Source: Octopus bimaculoides
Taxonomy: Eukaryota
Assembly: GCF_001194135.2 (NCBI RefSeq)
Contig: NC_068991.1
Location: forward strand, 79,827,391 to 79,864,685
Direction of reading: 5' to 3'
DNA length: 37,295 bases
The position numbers were made by a program, and so were the translations under genes. Below are positions 36,716 through 37,295 of the stretch, piece after piece. The number at the start of each line of letters is the position of its first letter. Position 1 is the first letter of the stretch. A model generated the notes under the pieces. The model was not told the origin of the DNA, did not search any database, and saw only the letters and a list, made by a program, of their open reading frames with translations.

Positions 36716-37098
36716 GCACATTTATATATATGCATGCAAACACACACACACACGCGCATATGTACGTGTGTGTGATTTGAGGACTTCAAACAACACAAAT
36801 TAACTAAAAGCATGTATAGAGCGTTAATGCGATTTTTTCTTTCGATGAAAAACCAAATGCACTATATTTAAAATACATACGCACATATATGTGCGTGCGT
36901 ATTTGTATGTATCTGTGTGCATGTGTATGTGTGTGCGTGTTAGTGCGTTTGTGTGTGAAACAACCATCAATTGATTTTAGTAAATATAGAGACGATAGTT
37001 CTCAAGTTTATAGTAGAAAGACCATAAATGTATAGAGCTATCACATATGCTCATTCTCTTCGCAGTAAAAGTTTGAAAAATTTGTCTGTTAATCAAAG

Positions 37099-37295
<197 letters not shown>

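Overview
AT-rich, repeat-dense eukaryotic window with seven assembly gaps. It is most likely an octopus (coleoid cephalopod) intergenic or intronic region; this is inferred from the recurring SINE families and microsatellite load as I recall them, not from a database search. No host protein-coding gene can be named. Almost all ORFs in the supplied track are artefacts of (TA)n/(CA)n microsatellites or N-gaps. Supported content: many copies of two tRNA-type SINE families (called A and B here), a mariner-derived MITE with both TIRs, other Tc1/mariner relics, a GC-rich retroelement-like 3' segment at the left edge, several tandem and dispersed repeats, and two low-confidence candidate exons. The most notable structure is at 13.5-14.4 kb. 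Four pieces of one short element lie there in alternating orientation. Two pieces contain minimal type-I hammerhead ribozyme cores, one of them directly downstream of a Pol III B-box. The other two form a fold-back joined almost exactly at the predicted ribozyme cleavage site. A second, variant hammerhead-like core lies at about 20.2 kb, nested inside a SINE.
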